DNA of 64,000 bases from Escherichia coli (lineage in GTDB: Bacteria; Pseudomonadota; Gammaproteobacteria; Enterobacterales; Enterobacteriaceae): NCBI GenBank assembly GCA_032372955.1, contig GCA_032372955.1_4725.1, one strand, 5' to 3'. Position numbers and translations under genes: made by a program. How positions within the stretch are numbered: position 1 is the stretch's first letter; each line of letters begins with the position of its first letter. Positions 28,997 to 38,646 of this stretch are shown here, piece after piece. The notes under the pieces are model-generated. The model worked only from the letters and a program-made list of their open reading frames with translations. It made no database searches and had not been told where the DNA came from.

Positions 28997-29550
28997 CCCC
29001 GGCCATCTTCTTTATGTCGGATACCCATTTTGATAGCGAGCGTACCTGGACGTATTCACGCCGTCCGTTCGCAAGCGTCGCTGATATGAACCAGCACATG
29101 CTGAAAGCCATCAACAAGCTTCCAAAGAACAGTGTGTTGTGGCATTTAGGTGATTGGGGTAAGTTCGAGTTCGTGGAAGCCATTCGTTCTGATATCCAGG
29201 TTCAATTGGTATTGGGGAATTGGGACGAAGACGCATACAAAGCAACAGGATTAAGCTTTGAAGCGTGGCGTGATAAATTGCTCGGTATGGGGTTTGCTGC
29301 GGTTTATGAACATCCGTTGGTATTGCCGATTAGCAATGACGAATCCTACTGGCTATGCCATAAGCCCAGCGAAAGAAACCCAGGCTACTTTAATTTATTC
29401 GGTCATATTCATCGCTGTATGTTAGCGAAGGCTAACGGACTTAATGTCGGCGTTGATCAGCATTTCTATGCGCCGATTAGTTTGGACACCGTGCGTTTTT
29501 GGCGTAATGCGATAGAAAATCATTACGACGAAGAAGTATGGATGGAGTGA
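28993..29550 (+). CDS. calcineurin-like metallophosphoesterase
   Basis: Motifs SDTHFD, LGDWG, GNWDED, GHIHR. Confidence 0.55.
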   Translation: MTPAIFFMSDTHFDSERTWTYSRRPFASVADMNQHMLKAINKLPKNSVLWHLGDWGKFEFVEAIRSDIQVQLVLGNWDEDAYKATGLSFEAWRDKLLGMGFAAVYEHPLVLPISNDESYWLCHKPSERNPGYFNLFGHIHRCMLAKANGLNVGVDQHFYAPISLDTVRFWRNAIENHYDEEVWME

Positions 29551-29560
29551 TCATTAACCA

Positions 29561-29587
29561 CCCTCCCTTCGGGGAGGGTTTATGCTG
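29561..29587 (+). promoter_or_regulatory. GC-rich hairpin followed by TTTATGCTG
   Basis: CCCTCCC TTCG GGGAGGG then TTTATGCTGCG. Confidence 0.5.
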
Positions 29588-29616
29588 CGTTACCAGCACC
29601 TGTTAAGGAGATAAAG

Positions 29617-29892
29617 ATGTCTCGATCATCGACACACCCTGATCCCTGGAAACGATTTCTTAAGGAGCTTCATTATCATGTCGCAGCTCGACCCGGTTTG
29701 AGCGCACACCAAATGGAAATCGTTCTACAGGCGTTACTCATACGACACCCTCAAGTTACACGTATTAAATCATTCATTGGATCTGGAGAGTTCTATGCTT
29801 GCAAAAACTGTTTTAGCCGTCGTGACCATTACATCTACTTCTATTATCGCGCGGTTCCTTCGTCAATGACGGGTCGCGGTGTGGATTTTTAA
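29617..29892 (+). CDS. hypothetical protein
   Basis: ORF track; RBS AAGGAG upstream. Confidence 0.6.
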   Translation: MSRSSTHPDPWKRFLKELHYHVAARPGLSAHQMEIVLQALLIRHPQVTRIKSFIGSGEFYACKNCFSRRDHYIYFYYRAVPSSMTGRGVDF

Positions 29893-29966
29893 CACATGAC
29901 TACGGTAAAAATTAACGGTTTTTCATGTTCGTATAGGACATGAAAACAAACAATAAAGGCGTTAGA

Positions 29967-30401
29967 ATGAAGAATTCCATTGTTCGTCACGATTCGGATC
30001 GCGGGTTTTTTATCGATACGGATATCCTTCACGATATTTATTTCAATGACGATCGTGAATTAGCTGAGCTTGTAGACCAACGCTCGGAGACAATCGTCGC
30101 TGCTGGAGGAATATTTAAACCTCAACGATGGGAGGGACTTGATGTTAGTATCCGTCCCATCATCAGCCGAGAAACGCCTTTTGAATTACTCTTTATTTTC
30201 TCACCCCGATCGTTACCTGATGAACAACCGACAACGTTATCCTTAACGGCTGAAGTTGGTTATTGGTCGTACCATATCGAACAAAACGGCGTGGTACGTG
30301 AGGGTACGCTCGAACCTTTGGAATTAAAGAAGTTTCTTGGTACCATCAAAGACCAAGAACGTAAACGTAACCGTGCAATACGGAAACAAAACCGGAATTA
30401 A
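29967..30401 (+). CDS. hypothetical protein
   Basis: ORF track frame; ATG 29967 has better RBS spacing than 29940. Confidence 0.5.
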   Translation: MKNSIVRHDSDRGFFIDTDILHDIYFNDDRELAELVDQRSETIVAAGGIFKPQRWEGLDVSIRPIISRETPFELLFIFSPRSLPDEQPTTLSLTAEVGYWSYHIEQNGVVREGTLEPLELKKFLGTIKDQERKRNRAIRKQNRN

Positions 30402-30456
30402 TTTATTAGCAATCTCGACCACAGAAATCGGTCACTTTTAATAGGAATTGAAAAGA

Positions 30457-30978
30457 ATGAAAAAGTTGTTTCTTGCGGCTTTATTTATTACGGCTTCAGC
30501 ACATGCTTGGGATTATAGCGAACTGGAAACCGGACACGCCAAACTAGGCACGATGTATACCTGGTCATCAGCAGAAGTCAGTGCACCAACCGCCCTGGAA
30601 GTTAACTGCTTGTCTACGGGAGGCGCGTGGGTAAAACTGGATACGGAAGATGAAGGTTATCAGGCACCTCTTCTTCGTGACTATCCGGGTATCGTTAAAA
30701 TCACGATTGGAACCGTTGATGGAATCAGTTATTTCAATGGAGAAACCGATCTTAACTTCTGGTCGAAGGGTGGACAACAGCGTTTGGTGAACTTCGTTAG
30801 TGAATTGAATCAAGCGTTGACCATTTCGGTGTTAACCGATGATGGTAAAACGTACCGCGTTCGTCCGATCGAACCGGAGATGCGAATCGATGTCCGTAAA
30901 TGTCCAGCGGGTGTGCCAGCAATGGTTGACCCCAACACGCGTACCGTACGCACACCTGAAGAAATGAACGCACTTTAA
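30457..30978 (+). CDS. hypothetical secreted/periplasmic protein
   Basis: Signal-peptide-like MKKLFLAALFITASAHA. Confidence 0.6.
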   Translation: MKKLFLAALFITASAHAWDYSELETGHAKLGTMYTWSSAEVSAPTALEVNCLSTGGAWVKLDTEDEGYQAPLLRDYPGIVKITIGTVDGISYFNGETDLNFWSKGGQQRLVNFVSELNQALTISVLTDDGKTYRVRPIEPEMRIDVRKCPAGVPAMVDPNTRTVRTPEEMNAL

Positions 30979-30993
30979 CATGGAGGAAGGTGG

Positions 30994-31257
30994 ATGGGCG
31001 TACCCATCCACCTTCACGAGGCTATTATGGCGAAGAAACCAAAGAAACGTAATAAGAGATACAATCCGAATAAACGTTCGAAGTTTACGCTGGTTTACAT
31101 GACGGACACTGAGTTCCAGGAAGCCAATCGACGTCATCGTTGTCTACGGGAAGCTTACCTCAATGAACATGGCTCTAAGGTTCTAACGGCTGCTGACGAT
31201 GTTCCTGAAGAACAGTTTACCGATATTCAGTTATTCTTATCAAAAGGAATTCAATAA
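30994..31257 (+). CDS. hypothetical basic protein
   Basis: ORF track. Confidence 0.55.
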   Translation: MGVPIHLHEAIMAKKPKKRNKRYNPNKRSKFTLVYMTDTEFQEANRRHRCLREAYLNEHGSKVLTAADDVPEEQFTDIQLFLSKGIQ

Positions 31258-32213
31258 TGAAAACGCTTATTGATACGACATGCCCTCATTGCGGACACGA
31301 CATTTCGCTGGCATCGATTCGTTACGATATGTTTTCGGATATGCCGTTGCCGAACACGTGCTATGTTTGTACTAGCTGTTTGAAAACCGTTAAGGTATTT
31401 GTTGTCGATAACAGCGCAGAACGCCATATTTCGTTTTTACCATCGGATGAAAAACACGAAGCGATTTGGTCGATTATTTTCTCTAATACAACTCGCCCAG
31501 CCAATCCGTTTGTTTCCAGTACATCGATGGCTGTTGATGTCGATTGTTTTATGTCTGAGTTAACCTTGGGTACCGTCGAACATATTAATGCGATCGCCGA
31601 TCTTTATATTGGTCAGTCGTTGAATCAAGGGCATCTGTCACCAAACGGGACTCTCTGTATCGAAGGAGACAACTACGAAGAGGCGATGTCGCATTACCGC
31701 ACGCATCTGACGATACCCATGCGCTACATCAGCGATATTCAAGAAGCCGCACTTTTCGCAACCGATCTTGCGTGGTTATTTAATGCGGTTATCCATCAAG
31801 CAAATGAGGGTACGTTGTTGCAGAAAGTTGATGGTAAGATCGGCTGGTGCCACAGCGTGCGTAGTGCGGTTGTGATCGATTACTTATTGCGTAATCGGTG
31901 GATTGCCCAACTGTTTAATTATTGGTATCAATACGTCTTGGATTACGACGTTGAGCCGGTTCTTTACAGTGCTGATGGTAGCGTCTGGTTGTCGCATGGG
32001 TTTGTTAAAGGGCTGGATGTTGATGAACCCCTGTTCCTCTATCCACGAGGATTTCGGGAACTAACGTTTGATGAGGCAATGGAACTGTTAAAACAGGATA
32101 ATCCTGTCAACCACCATGAAGAGAACGCTCGTCGATTCAGTCCTGATCGTAAAGCGACGGATCTGTCCGACAGCAATGCTTCGATAATTCCAGCAGATCG
32201 TGTCTTGCATTAA
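31257..32213 (+). CDS. hypothetical protein with N-terminal zinc ribbon
   Basis: CPHCGH ... CYVCTSC. Confidence 0.6.
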   Translation: MKTLIDTTCPHCGHDISLASIRYDMFSDMPLPNTCYVCTSCLKTVKVFVVDNSAERHISFLPSDEKHEAIWSIIFSNTTRPANPFVSSTSMAVDVDCFMSELTLGTVEHINAIADLYIGQSLNQGHLSPNGTLCIEGDNYEEAMSHYRTHLTIPMRYISDIQEAALFATDLAWLFNAVIHQANEGTLLQKVDGKIGWCHSVRSAVVIDYLLRNRWIAQLFNYWYQYVLDYDVEPVLYSADGSVWLSHGFVKGLDVDEPLFLYPRGFRELTFDEAMELLKQDNPVNHHEENARRFSPDRKATDLSDSNASIIPADRVLH

Positions 32214-32228
32214 CAAGGGGGTCTCGGT

Positions 32229-33071
32229 GTGAAAATCAGTTATCAGGAACAGGATCATCGCTGTAAACACTGTGATAAAGATCTTAGTAAACCGATGCTT
32301 GCAGCATACGGTCAACACGAACCAACGGTGGTATGTGATGACTGCGCAAGCCGCTACTCACTTGTGCGTGAAGGTGATGATGAGGGTATCCAACTTAAGT
32401 TACGTGATACCCATGAATATCGACTTCGTGTTGTCGCGGTACTGGCTCCACCGTACCAGAAAGGGAAACCCCGTAAAGCAGCATGGACGTTCGCGGAGTT
32501 CGATGTGGCGATTGATAAACCGATTACGAAAGGTCTTTCACCGTTCAACGACATCGTTGAGTATAACAACATCAAGAACGCGGTTGCTGATTTGCTCCCA
32601 TTATCACCACACAGTTGTGTCTATGGGGTTGGAACGTTACCGCAGGTGTGTTGTGTCTTACCACGAGAAACATATATATCGTTAGGTGCCCGACAACTGA
32701 TTAAGTTCTTTGGGGTATATGACGATATGCTGAGTAAGATCGGTGAGCTTCTGGTTACCATGTCGAAAACCAAAGACGTTAGCCGGAAGAACAAAGATGT
32801 GCGTATTAGTCATGCGGTTTGTGCGCATCTGATGGCGGGGTCGATGTGGTTGGGTGATTACGCTAACACGGTTATTAGCCAGCTCCCCATTTCGTACGAG
32901 GTTGTGTTTAAAGATGGCGTTTTCTACGGCGTGCGTCGTAAAGATACGGCTTTCCAGCTGAAGAATATCATTCTCGACTTACCTATCGATCATCTTATCG
33001 CCACTGTTATTTCTGATCCCTCACGCGTTGTCGACATGGTACGTGGAAAACTAAAAGGTAACCCAGCATGA
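32229..33071 (+). CDS. hypothetical protein with N-terminal zinc ribbon
   Basis: CKHCDK ... CDDC; GTG start per track. Confidence 0.55.
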   Translation: MKISYQEQDHRCKHCDKDLSKPMLAAYGQHEPTVVCDDCASRYSLVREGDDEGIQLKLRDTHEYRLRVVAVLAPPYQKGKPRKAAWTFAEFDVAIDKPITKGLSPFNDIVEYNNIKNAVADLLPLSPHSCVYGVGTLPQVCCVLPRETYISLGARQLIKFFGVYDDMLSKIGELLVTMSKTKDVSRKNKDVRISHAVCAHLMAGSMWLGDYANTVISQLPISYEVVFKDGVFYGVRRKDTAFQLKNIILDLPIDHLIATVISDPSRVVDMVRGKLKGNPA

Positions 33072-33379
33072 AACGACTATCTGCAAGACAGGTGTCGTTG
33101 TGTTACTACGGAATGGAGTACGATGCCTTAGCAAAATTGTTTCGTCAGTATCTTGAAGATCATCACCTTACCAACGATGATCTCTTTTCTTATTCTTATT
33201 TGAACTACCCGATTAACATGATACGCTACTCGGAAGCCGAAGGCGAATACCTGGTGGTTGCTTCCGTTATGCGTTATCTGTTAGTTGATCTATACAAACG
33301 TCTGTACCTGCCGGAGAGACTGCGTATACAAGAAACATTAAGGAGACTTCATAGTGAGCGTTTTACGGGAAGCGTTTAA
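33068..33379 (+). CDS. hypothetical protein
   Basis: ORF track. Confidence 0.55.
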   Translation: MKRLSARQVSLCYYGMEYDALAKLFRQYLEDHHLTNDDLFSYSYLNYPINMIRYSEAEGEYLVVASVMRYLLVDLYKRLYLPERLRIQETLRRLHSERFTGSV

Positions 33380-33950
33380 GTTCGTTGCTGGAGAACAGAC
33401 CGACGATGATATTCGGCGATTCATGGCATATATCGCACCGCTGAGTCACGATGGGGTTCCGGGACATAATGTGTTCCTGCCGTTGCGGGGTGTTTCGACA
33501 ACAGCCGCCTATGTCCGTCTGTTAACCGAGATGTTGCGGATTAGCGAGCACCCTGGTGGTACCAACCGTGTTAGCTTGAAAGGGCTTGCTGAGCAATTAT
33601 CTTACATGCCTGTTATCCGTGAGAAACCATCATGGGCGGAAGAACGTCGCGCGTTAACCCTGATACGCAATCTGGATTCTGATGCTTGGCGTGAGAACCT
33701 CATCACGTATTTGTTGATCATCAAACGTCGTCAGAAACCAGCGAAGAGTCTGCTCATTATTGACGACAACGACCCGAACGTTGATTTGGTTGAGATCACA
33801 CGAGCAATAAGCGCGTTGACCGGTGAATCAATCAATCCTAAACTTGAACCGTTGGCCGCAATCCGTCAGATGGTCAGCAGGCTGTCTGATAATACGGCCT
33901 TTGTCAATATTTGCAGCGATTACGATAAAGAAAAGGAGAGTATTCGATGA
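33354..33950 (+). CDS. hypothetical protein
   Basis: ORF track. Confidence 0.55.
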   Translation: MSVLREAFKFVAGEQTDDDIRRFMAYIAPLSHDGVPGHNVFLPLRGVSTTAAYVRLLTEMLRISEHPGGTNRVSLKGLAEQLSYMPVIREKPSWAEERRALTLIRNLDSDAWRENLITYLLIIKRRQKPAKSLLIIDDNDPNVDLVEITRAISALTGESINPKLEPLAAIRQMVSRLSDNTAFVNICSDYDKEKESIR

Positions 33951-34282
33951 TAGACAGTATCGAACTTAATGAAGAGCAGCCGTTATCGGTCGTACAACAA
34001 CTTTTAGCGCAGCATGAGCTTGTTTGGTCGGAAGAGCGTACGCCATGTGAAAACTGTCGCTATAACCATGTTGTCGCTGAGACCGTTTTTGGTTCTCTAA
34101 CTATCGAGTGGAAAGGTTGGAAGGATTATACCAGCTACGACTGCGATTTACCTTTCCCAGTCAACGATGAGTTTCCACACATCAACGCTGATAGTTTAGA
34201 TGAAGCGAAAGCGAAAGTAAAAGCTTGGTACGACTACGTGATATTGGCTGGACTCGGCCTGACAACAGATAAACCAGAATAA
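33947..34282 (+). CDS. hypothetical protein
   Basis: ORF track. Confidence 0.55.
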   Translation: MIDSIELNEEQPLSVVQQLLAQHELVWSEERTPCENCRYNHVVAETVFGSLTIEWKGWKDYTSYDCDLPFPVNDEFPHINADSLDEAKAKVKAWYDYVILAGLGLTTDKPE

Positions 34283-34294
34283 TGAAAAGGTGTT

Positions 34295-35620
34295 ATGATG
34301 AGCAAACTACTGTTTGAAATTAACGGGAAAGAATATACACCGCCCCAGGCAGTTATCGGTGCGTTATTACGATACACTGCATACCGGCGTCAAGGATGGT
34401 TGTTTGATATTGATGGACCGGCGTTTATTACAGCGATACAGGATGCTATCGCCCCGAAGAAATTATGCGATAATTACAATACTGAACTGTCGTACAAATT
34501 ATCGCCTATGGTTCCATATGCGTCCTATAAGGAACTTTTGACGGGTATATGTTCGTATGAACAAGGTGGGTCCACATCGTACACGCGTGCGCTGGAATTC
34601 GTAGAAGAAATAGTGCGTCGATTGAAAGTTGATCCGTATAACACGCGTAAGGGAATAATACAACTAATGGTGTACGATTTCTCGGCTAGCCAAGAAATCA
34701 TCGCGGAGTATAATCCTTACTTACTTATACGTGCTTTCTTCTGGATCGATGCAGCGCTAGATGATCGTTCCGGACCATGCCGTTTAGCGATTCATGCCGG
34801 TGAACGCCAGTTGAAGCAATGGTTGGAAGATTGCGATATCAATTTGCATGGCATGACGATACCCGATTTCTTCGAAGACTATTTTTCGTTATCGGGACTC
34901 GATGATGCTGTAGTAGAACTGAAACCTACGGATACCGATCCGGTTGTCGTCGAACTTAAAACCGAATCGGATACCAGCAACCATTCGTTCGAGCCGTTAG
35001 CGGTAGAGAAGCCTGCATTTTGTTTAGATGTTGAAAACCTTAGTTTGGAAAAGAATGGAGTATTGCTGGAAATCGGTATCGTGTTCTTCGATCTGGCTAA
35101 TCCAGAATCCATTGTTAACGGTCCGCGTATAGATATCTTCCCTGACGTTCATGGTCAAATCGCTGACGGCGGTCGTATCAGTGAATCAACAGTAGAATGG
35201 TGGCAAACCAAAGCACCAAAGGAAGCGCGCGACTATTGTTTTCAACATTGTAAGGCAATGGGTTATAAAGAAGCCATCGCCGAAGTAAATGCGTTCGTCA
35301 ACAGTATTCGTGACAGAATGACTGAATACTACGGTAAAGATACCTTCTATTATCTTGCTCGTGGTGAAACAGATTGGCCTCAATTAGAGCATTGGTTCCG
35401 TAAAGCGGGCTTTAAGCCAGTTTGTCGTTATAACCAGGTTCAGGATATCCGTTCGATGATTGCTGCGTATCAAGACAAACCGGTATCCATCTTAGGCACC
35501 AAAGAGTATCCAGACATGGGTATTCCGCTGATCCGTCATACCGCTATCGGTGACGCAATCATGGATGCGTACGACGTTGCGTTAGCGCGAAGCATGGCGA
35601 CGTCTAAGCTACTGAAGTGA
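34295..35620 (+). CDS. DEDDh-type 3'-5' exonuclease (DnaQ-like domain in C-terminal half)
   Basis: Exo motifs LDVENL, ARGETDW, HTAIGDAIMDAYD. Confidence 0.55.
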   Translation: MMSKLLFEINGKEYTPPQAVIGALLRYTAYRRQGWLFDIDGPAFITAIQDAIAPKKLCDNYNTELSYKLSPMVPYASYKELLTGICSYEQGGSTSYTRALEFVEEIVRRLKVDPYNTRKGIIQLMVYDFSASQEIIAEYNPYLLIRAFFWIDAALDDRSGPCRLAIHAGERQLKQWLEDCDINLHGMTIPDFFEDYFSLSGLDDAVVELKPTDTDPVVVELKTESDTSNHSFEPLAVEKPAFCLDVENLSLEKNGVLLEIGIVFFDLANPESIVNGPRIDIFPDVHGQIADGGRISESTVEWWQTKAPKEARDYCFQHCKAMGYKEAIAEVNAFVNSIRDRMTEYYGKDTFYYLARGETDWPQLEHWFRKAGFKPVCRYNQVQDIRSMIAAYQDKPVSILGTKEYPDMGIPLIRHTAIGDAIMDAYDVALARSMATSKLLK

Positions 35621-35671
35621 TAGCACCCTGCGCAATGAATATGACGATGATCGTTTAATAAAGGAAAGAAG

Positions 35672-35986
35672 ATGTCTGAAAAGCATATTGAAATTCTTGA
35701 TGCCGCTATCGCTTCGAAAGATAGCGGTACATTCATCAAAGCGGTATTTGCAGAACAGCGTAATAACCCAGCAACGCTGAATAAAGTTCGTGATGCAATT
35801 GCATTCCGTCTTACCAAGTCAGATATTTCTGATGTGGATAAAACAACGATGCGTAAATTACGCGACGATCTTAATGCATACATCGCTCGTGGTTGTACGG
35901 ATAAAACCGTTCGTGAGGTTCTCGATTCTAACGTGAAATACGAATCAGACTTCAAGAAGAACGGTTCAACACCGAAAACAGAATAA
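35672..35986 (+). CDS. hypothetical protein
   Basis: ORF track; RBS AAAGGAAAGAAG upstream. Confidence 0.6.
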   Translation: MSEKHIEILDAAIASKDSGTFIKAVFAEQRNNPATLNKVRDAIAFRLTKSDISDVDKTTMRKLRDDLNAYIARGCTDKTVREVLDSNVKYESDFKKNGSTPKTE

Positions 35987-35995
35987 CAGCATATT

Positions 35996-36036
35996 CCCTC
36001 CTCCTTCCCTGATGGGTTGGAGGAGGGTTATGTTCG
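35996..36036 (+). promoter_or_regulatory. GC-rich hairpin followed by TTATGTTCG
   Basis: CCCTCCTCC / GGAGGAGGG stem. Confidence 0.45.
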
Positions 36037-36049
36037 TATTGAGGTTAAC

Positions 36050-36349
36050 ATGCTCGATCGTGAACGATTGAAGAAAACGACAAAGCTCCTCGATGAGTTC
36101 AGAACCGCGGGTCAATTCGAGAGCTTCACTAAGAACCGAGCTATTGTTCGATTCCTTCTTTATTTGTGTTGCGTTGATTCGTCAGAGCGGGTTAGCCATA
36201 CGTGTCCTCTGCTCAACGAAAATCGTATTCCGTTATACAAAGCCGAAGAGTTATGTGAGTTCTTGATGAAATTCGGCGTTTTCTGTAACAGATATCGTGG
36301 CGATAGATCCGATGGGTATCTTGTCGAATTTAATGTCTTATTTCATTAA
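36050..36349 (+). CDS. hypothetical protein
   Basis: ORF track frame; start moved to ATG 36050 downstream of hairpin. Confidence 0.5.
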   Translation: MLDRERLKKTTKLLDEFRTAGQFESFTKNRAIVRFLLYLCCVDSSERVSHTCPLLNENRIPLYKAEELCEFLMKFGVFCNRYRGDRSDGYLVEFNVLFH

Positions 36350-36434
36350 AACATTACTGAAATAGGATATCTAATGAGGTGAAATTCCTCGCTACTACTT
36401 ACTTACTATAATTACTTATTTACCGAGGTATCAA

Positions 36435-37037
36435 ATGACTGTTTATTTGAAAATGATTAACGGGCATTCCAATGAAATTGCCGACGCTAATCGTCCTTTC
36501 AATTTATATCCCGTTCCTGACGGAGCTTGTATTGAATTCAATCGTGATCCTACAGGGAATCCGTTCATTAATGTCGTCATGAGCGATAAAACAAAAAGAT
36601 CGTTTTATCCGACAGGTAATACCTATGTCGTTGAGGATAAAACGACGGTATCCAAGTTTGAGTTCGAAGAAAAATTTAGCGCTGAAGATCGTAAAGAGAC
36701 GTTAGATTTTCTTCAGAGTTTGGATTCATATCAGAATTTACCGGCGGATATTAAATGCTTAAAAATCGAAGATATGCTGTTAGCATTAAAACATACACCT
36801 CTTAAATGTTCAGAGAAAACGCCACGCGTGTTTAATATCCGTCTATTGAAATACTGTACACAACCGGTTAGAGTGAAAGAGAGTCAAACTCCATTGCTGG
36901 AAAAGTTATTCAGCGATTGTGGTTATCCCCACGTTGGATTTATTTACCCGGAACCAGAAAAATCATCAACCGAAAGAACGGTAATGCACATTGTTGTTAA
37001 ATTACCTTCGGCGGAGAATATCCTGTCGGGTTGGTGA
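36435..37037 (+). CDS. hypothetical protein, paralog family member 1 of 3
   Basis: Shares N-terminal pattern with 37110 and 37730 (LKMI..G, NRPF, VPD, IEFNRD, GNTYV). Confidence 0.65.
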   Translation: MTVYLKMINGHSNEIADANRPFNLYPVPDGACIEFNRDPTGNPFINVVMSDKTKRSFYPTGNTYVVEDKTTVSKFEFEEKFSAEDRKETLDFLQSLDSYQNLPADIKCLKIEDMLLALKHTPLKCSEKTPRVFNIRLLKYCTQPVRVKESQTPLLEKLFSDCGYPHVGFIYPEPEKSSTERTVMHIVVKLPSAENILSGW

Positions 37038-37051
37038 TATACCTCAACCCT

Positions 37052-37077
37052 TGAAGGGGAGGGTTAAATCCCCTTCA
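37052..37077 (+). terminator. stem-loop between paralog cassettes
   Basis: TGAAGGGG / CCCCTTCA inverted repeat. Confidence 0.4.
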
Positions 37078-37109
37078 TTACTACTACTAGGACTACTAAG
37101 GAATAAAAC

Positions 37110-37643
37110 ATGAGCGTTATTGTAAAAGTAATGGGCAACTGCGATACTAGCGATCGTAACAACGCAAAACCGTTTACATTGCATGTGGTACCAGATCGCT
37201 TGACCACAATTGAATTCAACCGCGATTCGATGGGTAGACCGACACTGGAATTCGTCGCCCATGGTGATAAGGATCAACGATTTATCGATTACCCAGGTGG
37301 TAACGTTTATGTGATGGACAATGGTAACACCATCGCAACGTATGCCTATTCCTGTGGTTTTGGGAAGGATGATGTTGACCGTATGTACGCGTACGTCCGT
37401 GCTACGAAGTATGGGGAAGTGCTGGATGCGAGTGGTAAACTTGACGATCGCCTTATTTGTGCGTTGTTGGAAATCCGTTTAATCGATCGTGATATAAAAC
37501 AAACGCGCAATATCGAGTTTGTAAAATCAGACAATCCTAACTTTGTTAGTCACGTAAATCGTCTTTTACAAGAGTTGTTTACTGGTGAATTAACGGCATA
37601 TTACGCCGGTGCGAACGGCAAAATCATCGCGATCGTTAAGTAG
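37110..37643 (+). CDS. hypothetical protein, paralog family member 2 of 3
   Basis: Paralog pattern as above. Confidence 0.65.
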   Translation: MSVIVKVMGNCDTSDRNNAKPFTLHVVPDRLTTIEFNRDSMGRPTLEFVAHGDKDQRFIDYPGGNVYVMDNGNTIATYAYSCGFGKDDVDRMYAYVRATKYGEVLDASGKLDDRLICALLEIRLIDRDIKQTRNIEFVKSDNPNFVSHVNRLLQELFTGELTAYYAGANGKIIAIVK

Positions 37644-37653
37644 TAATCCCTAC

Positions 37654-37677
37654 GAGGGGGTGGGATAATACCCCCTC
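37654..37677 (+). terminator. stem-loop between paralog cassettes
   Basis: GAGGGGG / CCCCCTC inverted repeat. Confidence 0.4.
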
Positions 37678-37729
37678 AATTTGTTGTACTATCTATCATT
37701 TCTATTATCTATTATCATGAGGTTCTATT

Positions 37730-38278
37730 ATGTCTATGTTTTTGAAAATGATGAGCGGTTACAATCTCCCCGATGAGAACAATGCGAAGCCTTGTACGGT
37801 TCTACCGCTTTCGGATAAATGTAAGATCGAATTCGGTCGCGACGAGTACGGCGCACCTGTTGTAACCGTCGCCTATGAAGACGGAACAATCGAGAGCTAT
37901 CATCCTGATGGGAATACTTACCTCACCGAAGATCGTCGTACGATCGCAGCGTATGCGTACTCTGAATACGTAGCGCCAGGTCGTCGTATGGCTGTCGAGG
38001 TCACGATGAAAGACCTTAAGCGCTACGACGATTATGCACAGTTCGCAACCAATAACCAGATTGCGCATTTCCTAACTGTGTTATCTTGCGTTCCTCGCGG
38101 ATGCGGCATAACCCGTAAATGTCGTCTGTCTGTTGACGATCGTATCAATGTAGGCGATATTGATAAACTTAGCGATTTTATCGCGGATATGGGTTATCAA
38201 TTTGCTGGCTATACCACAACAAATCCGATGGATGACGAAATTATTTACGTTCTCGAATTCGCTGTTCTCGTGAAATAA
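37730..38278 (+). CDS. hypothetical protein, paralog family member 3 of 3
   Basis: Paralog pattern as above. Confidence 0.65.
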   Translation: MSMFLKMMSGYNLPDENNAKPCTVLPLSDKCKIEFGRDEYGAPVVTVAYEDGTIESYHPDGNTYLTEDRRTIAAYAYSEYVAPGRRMAVEVTMKDLKRYDDYAQFATNNQIAHFLTVLSCVPRGCGITRKCRLSVDDRINVGDIDKLSDFIADMGYQFAGYTTTNPMDDEIIYVLEFAVLVK

Positions 38279-38291
38279 GTTGATTGATGGA

Positions 38292-38320
38292 GCCTCCCGT
38301 AATGGGAGGCTTTTATGCTG
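38292..38320 (+). promoter_or_regulatory. GC-rich hairpin followed by TTTTATGCTG
   Basis: GCCTCCC GTAAT GGGAGGC then TTTTATGCTG. Confidence 0.5.
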
Positions 38321-38442
38321 CCATATCCCGTCCATCAAAACTAACGGATTTTAAGAATTCTCTGAAGCCAGGAGAACCGACGTTGTAAGTAATTAGGGCG
38401 TCTCGACAAAACTCTATTTACTTTTACGACGAGGTGAAAACG

Positions 38443-38646
38443 ATGTTAACGAAGGAATCCAAGAAGAACATTGAAGCATGGATTTTTGATAATGCGCCGT
38501 TGAATCTATCATTGGATCCGAAGGTTCGTGGTTTACAAGCTGATTTTGCGTATAACGTGTTACATGGTTGCTGTTACACGTTAAGCAATCCTAAATATCG
38601 TTATAAATTTCAGGAACTACTCGAAACACTTAGAGGATTAAAATGA
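38443..38646 (+). CDS. hypothetical protein
   Basis: ORF track frame; ATG 38443 with RBS GAGGTGAAAA. Confidence 0.55.
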   Translation: MLTKESKKNIEAWIFDNAPLNLSLDPKVRGLQADFAYNVLHGCCYTLSNPKYRYKFQELLETLRGLK

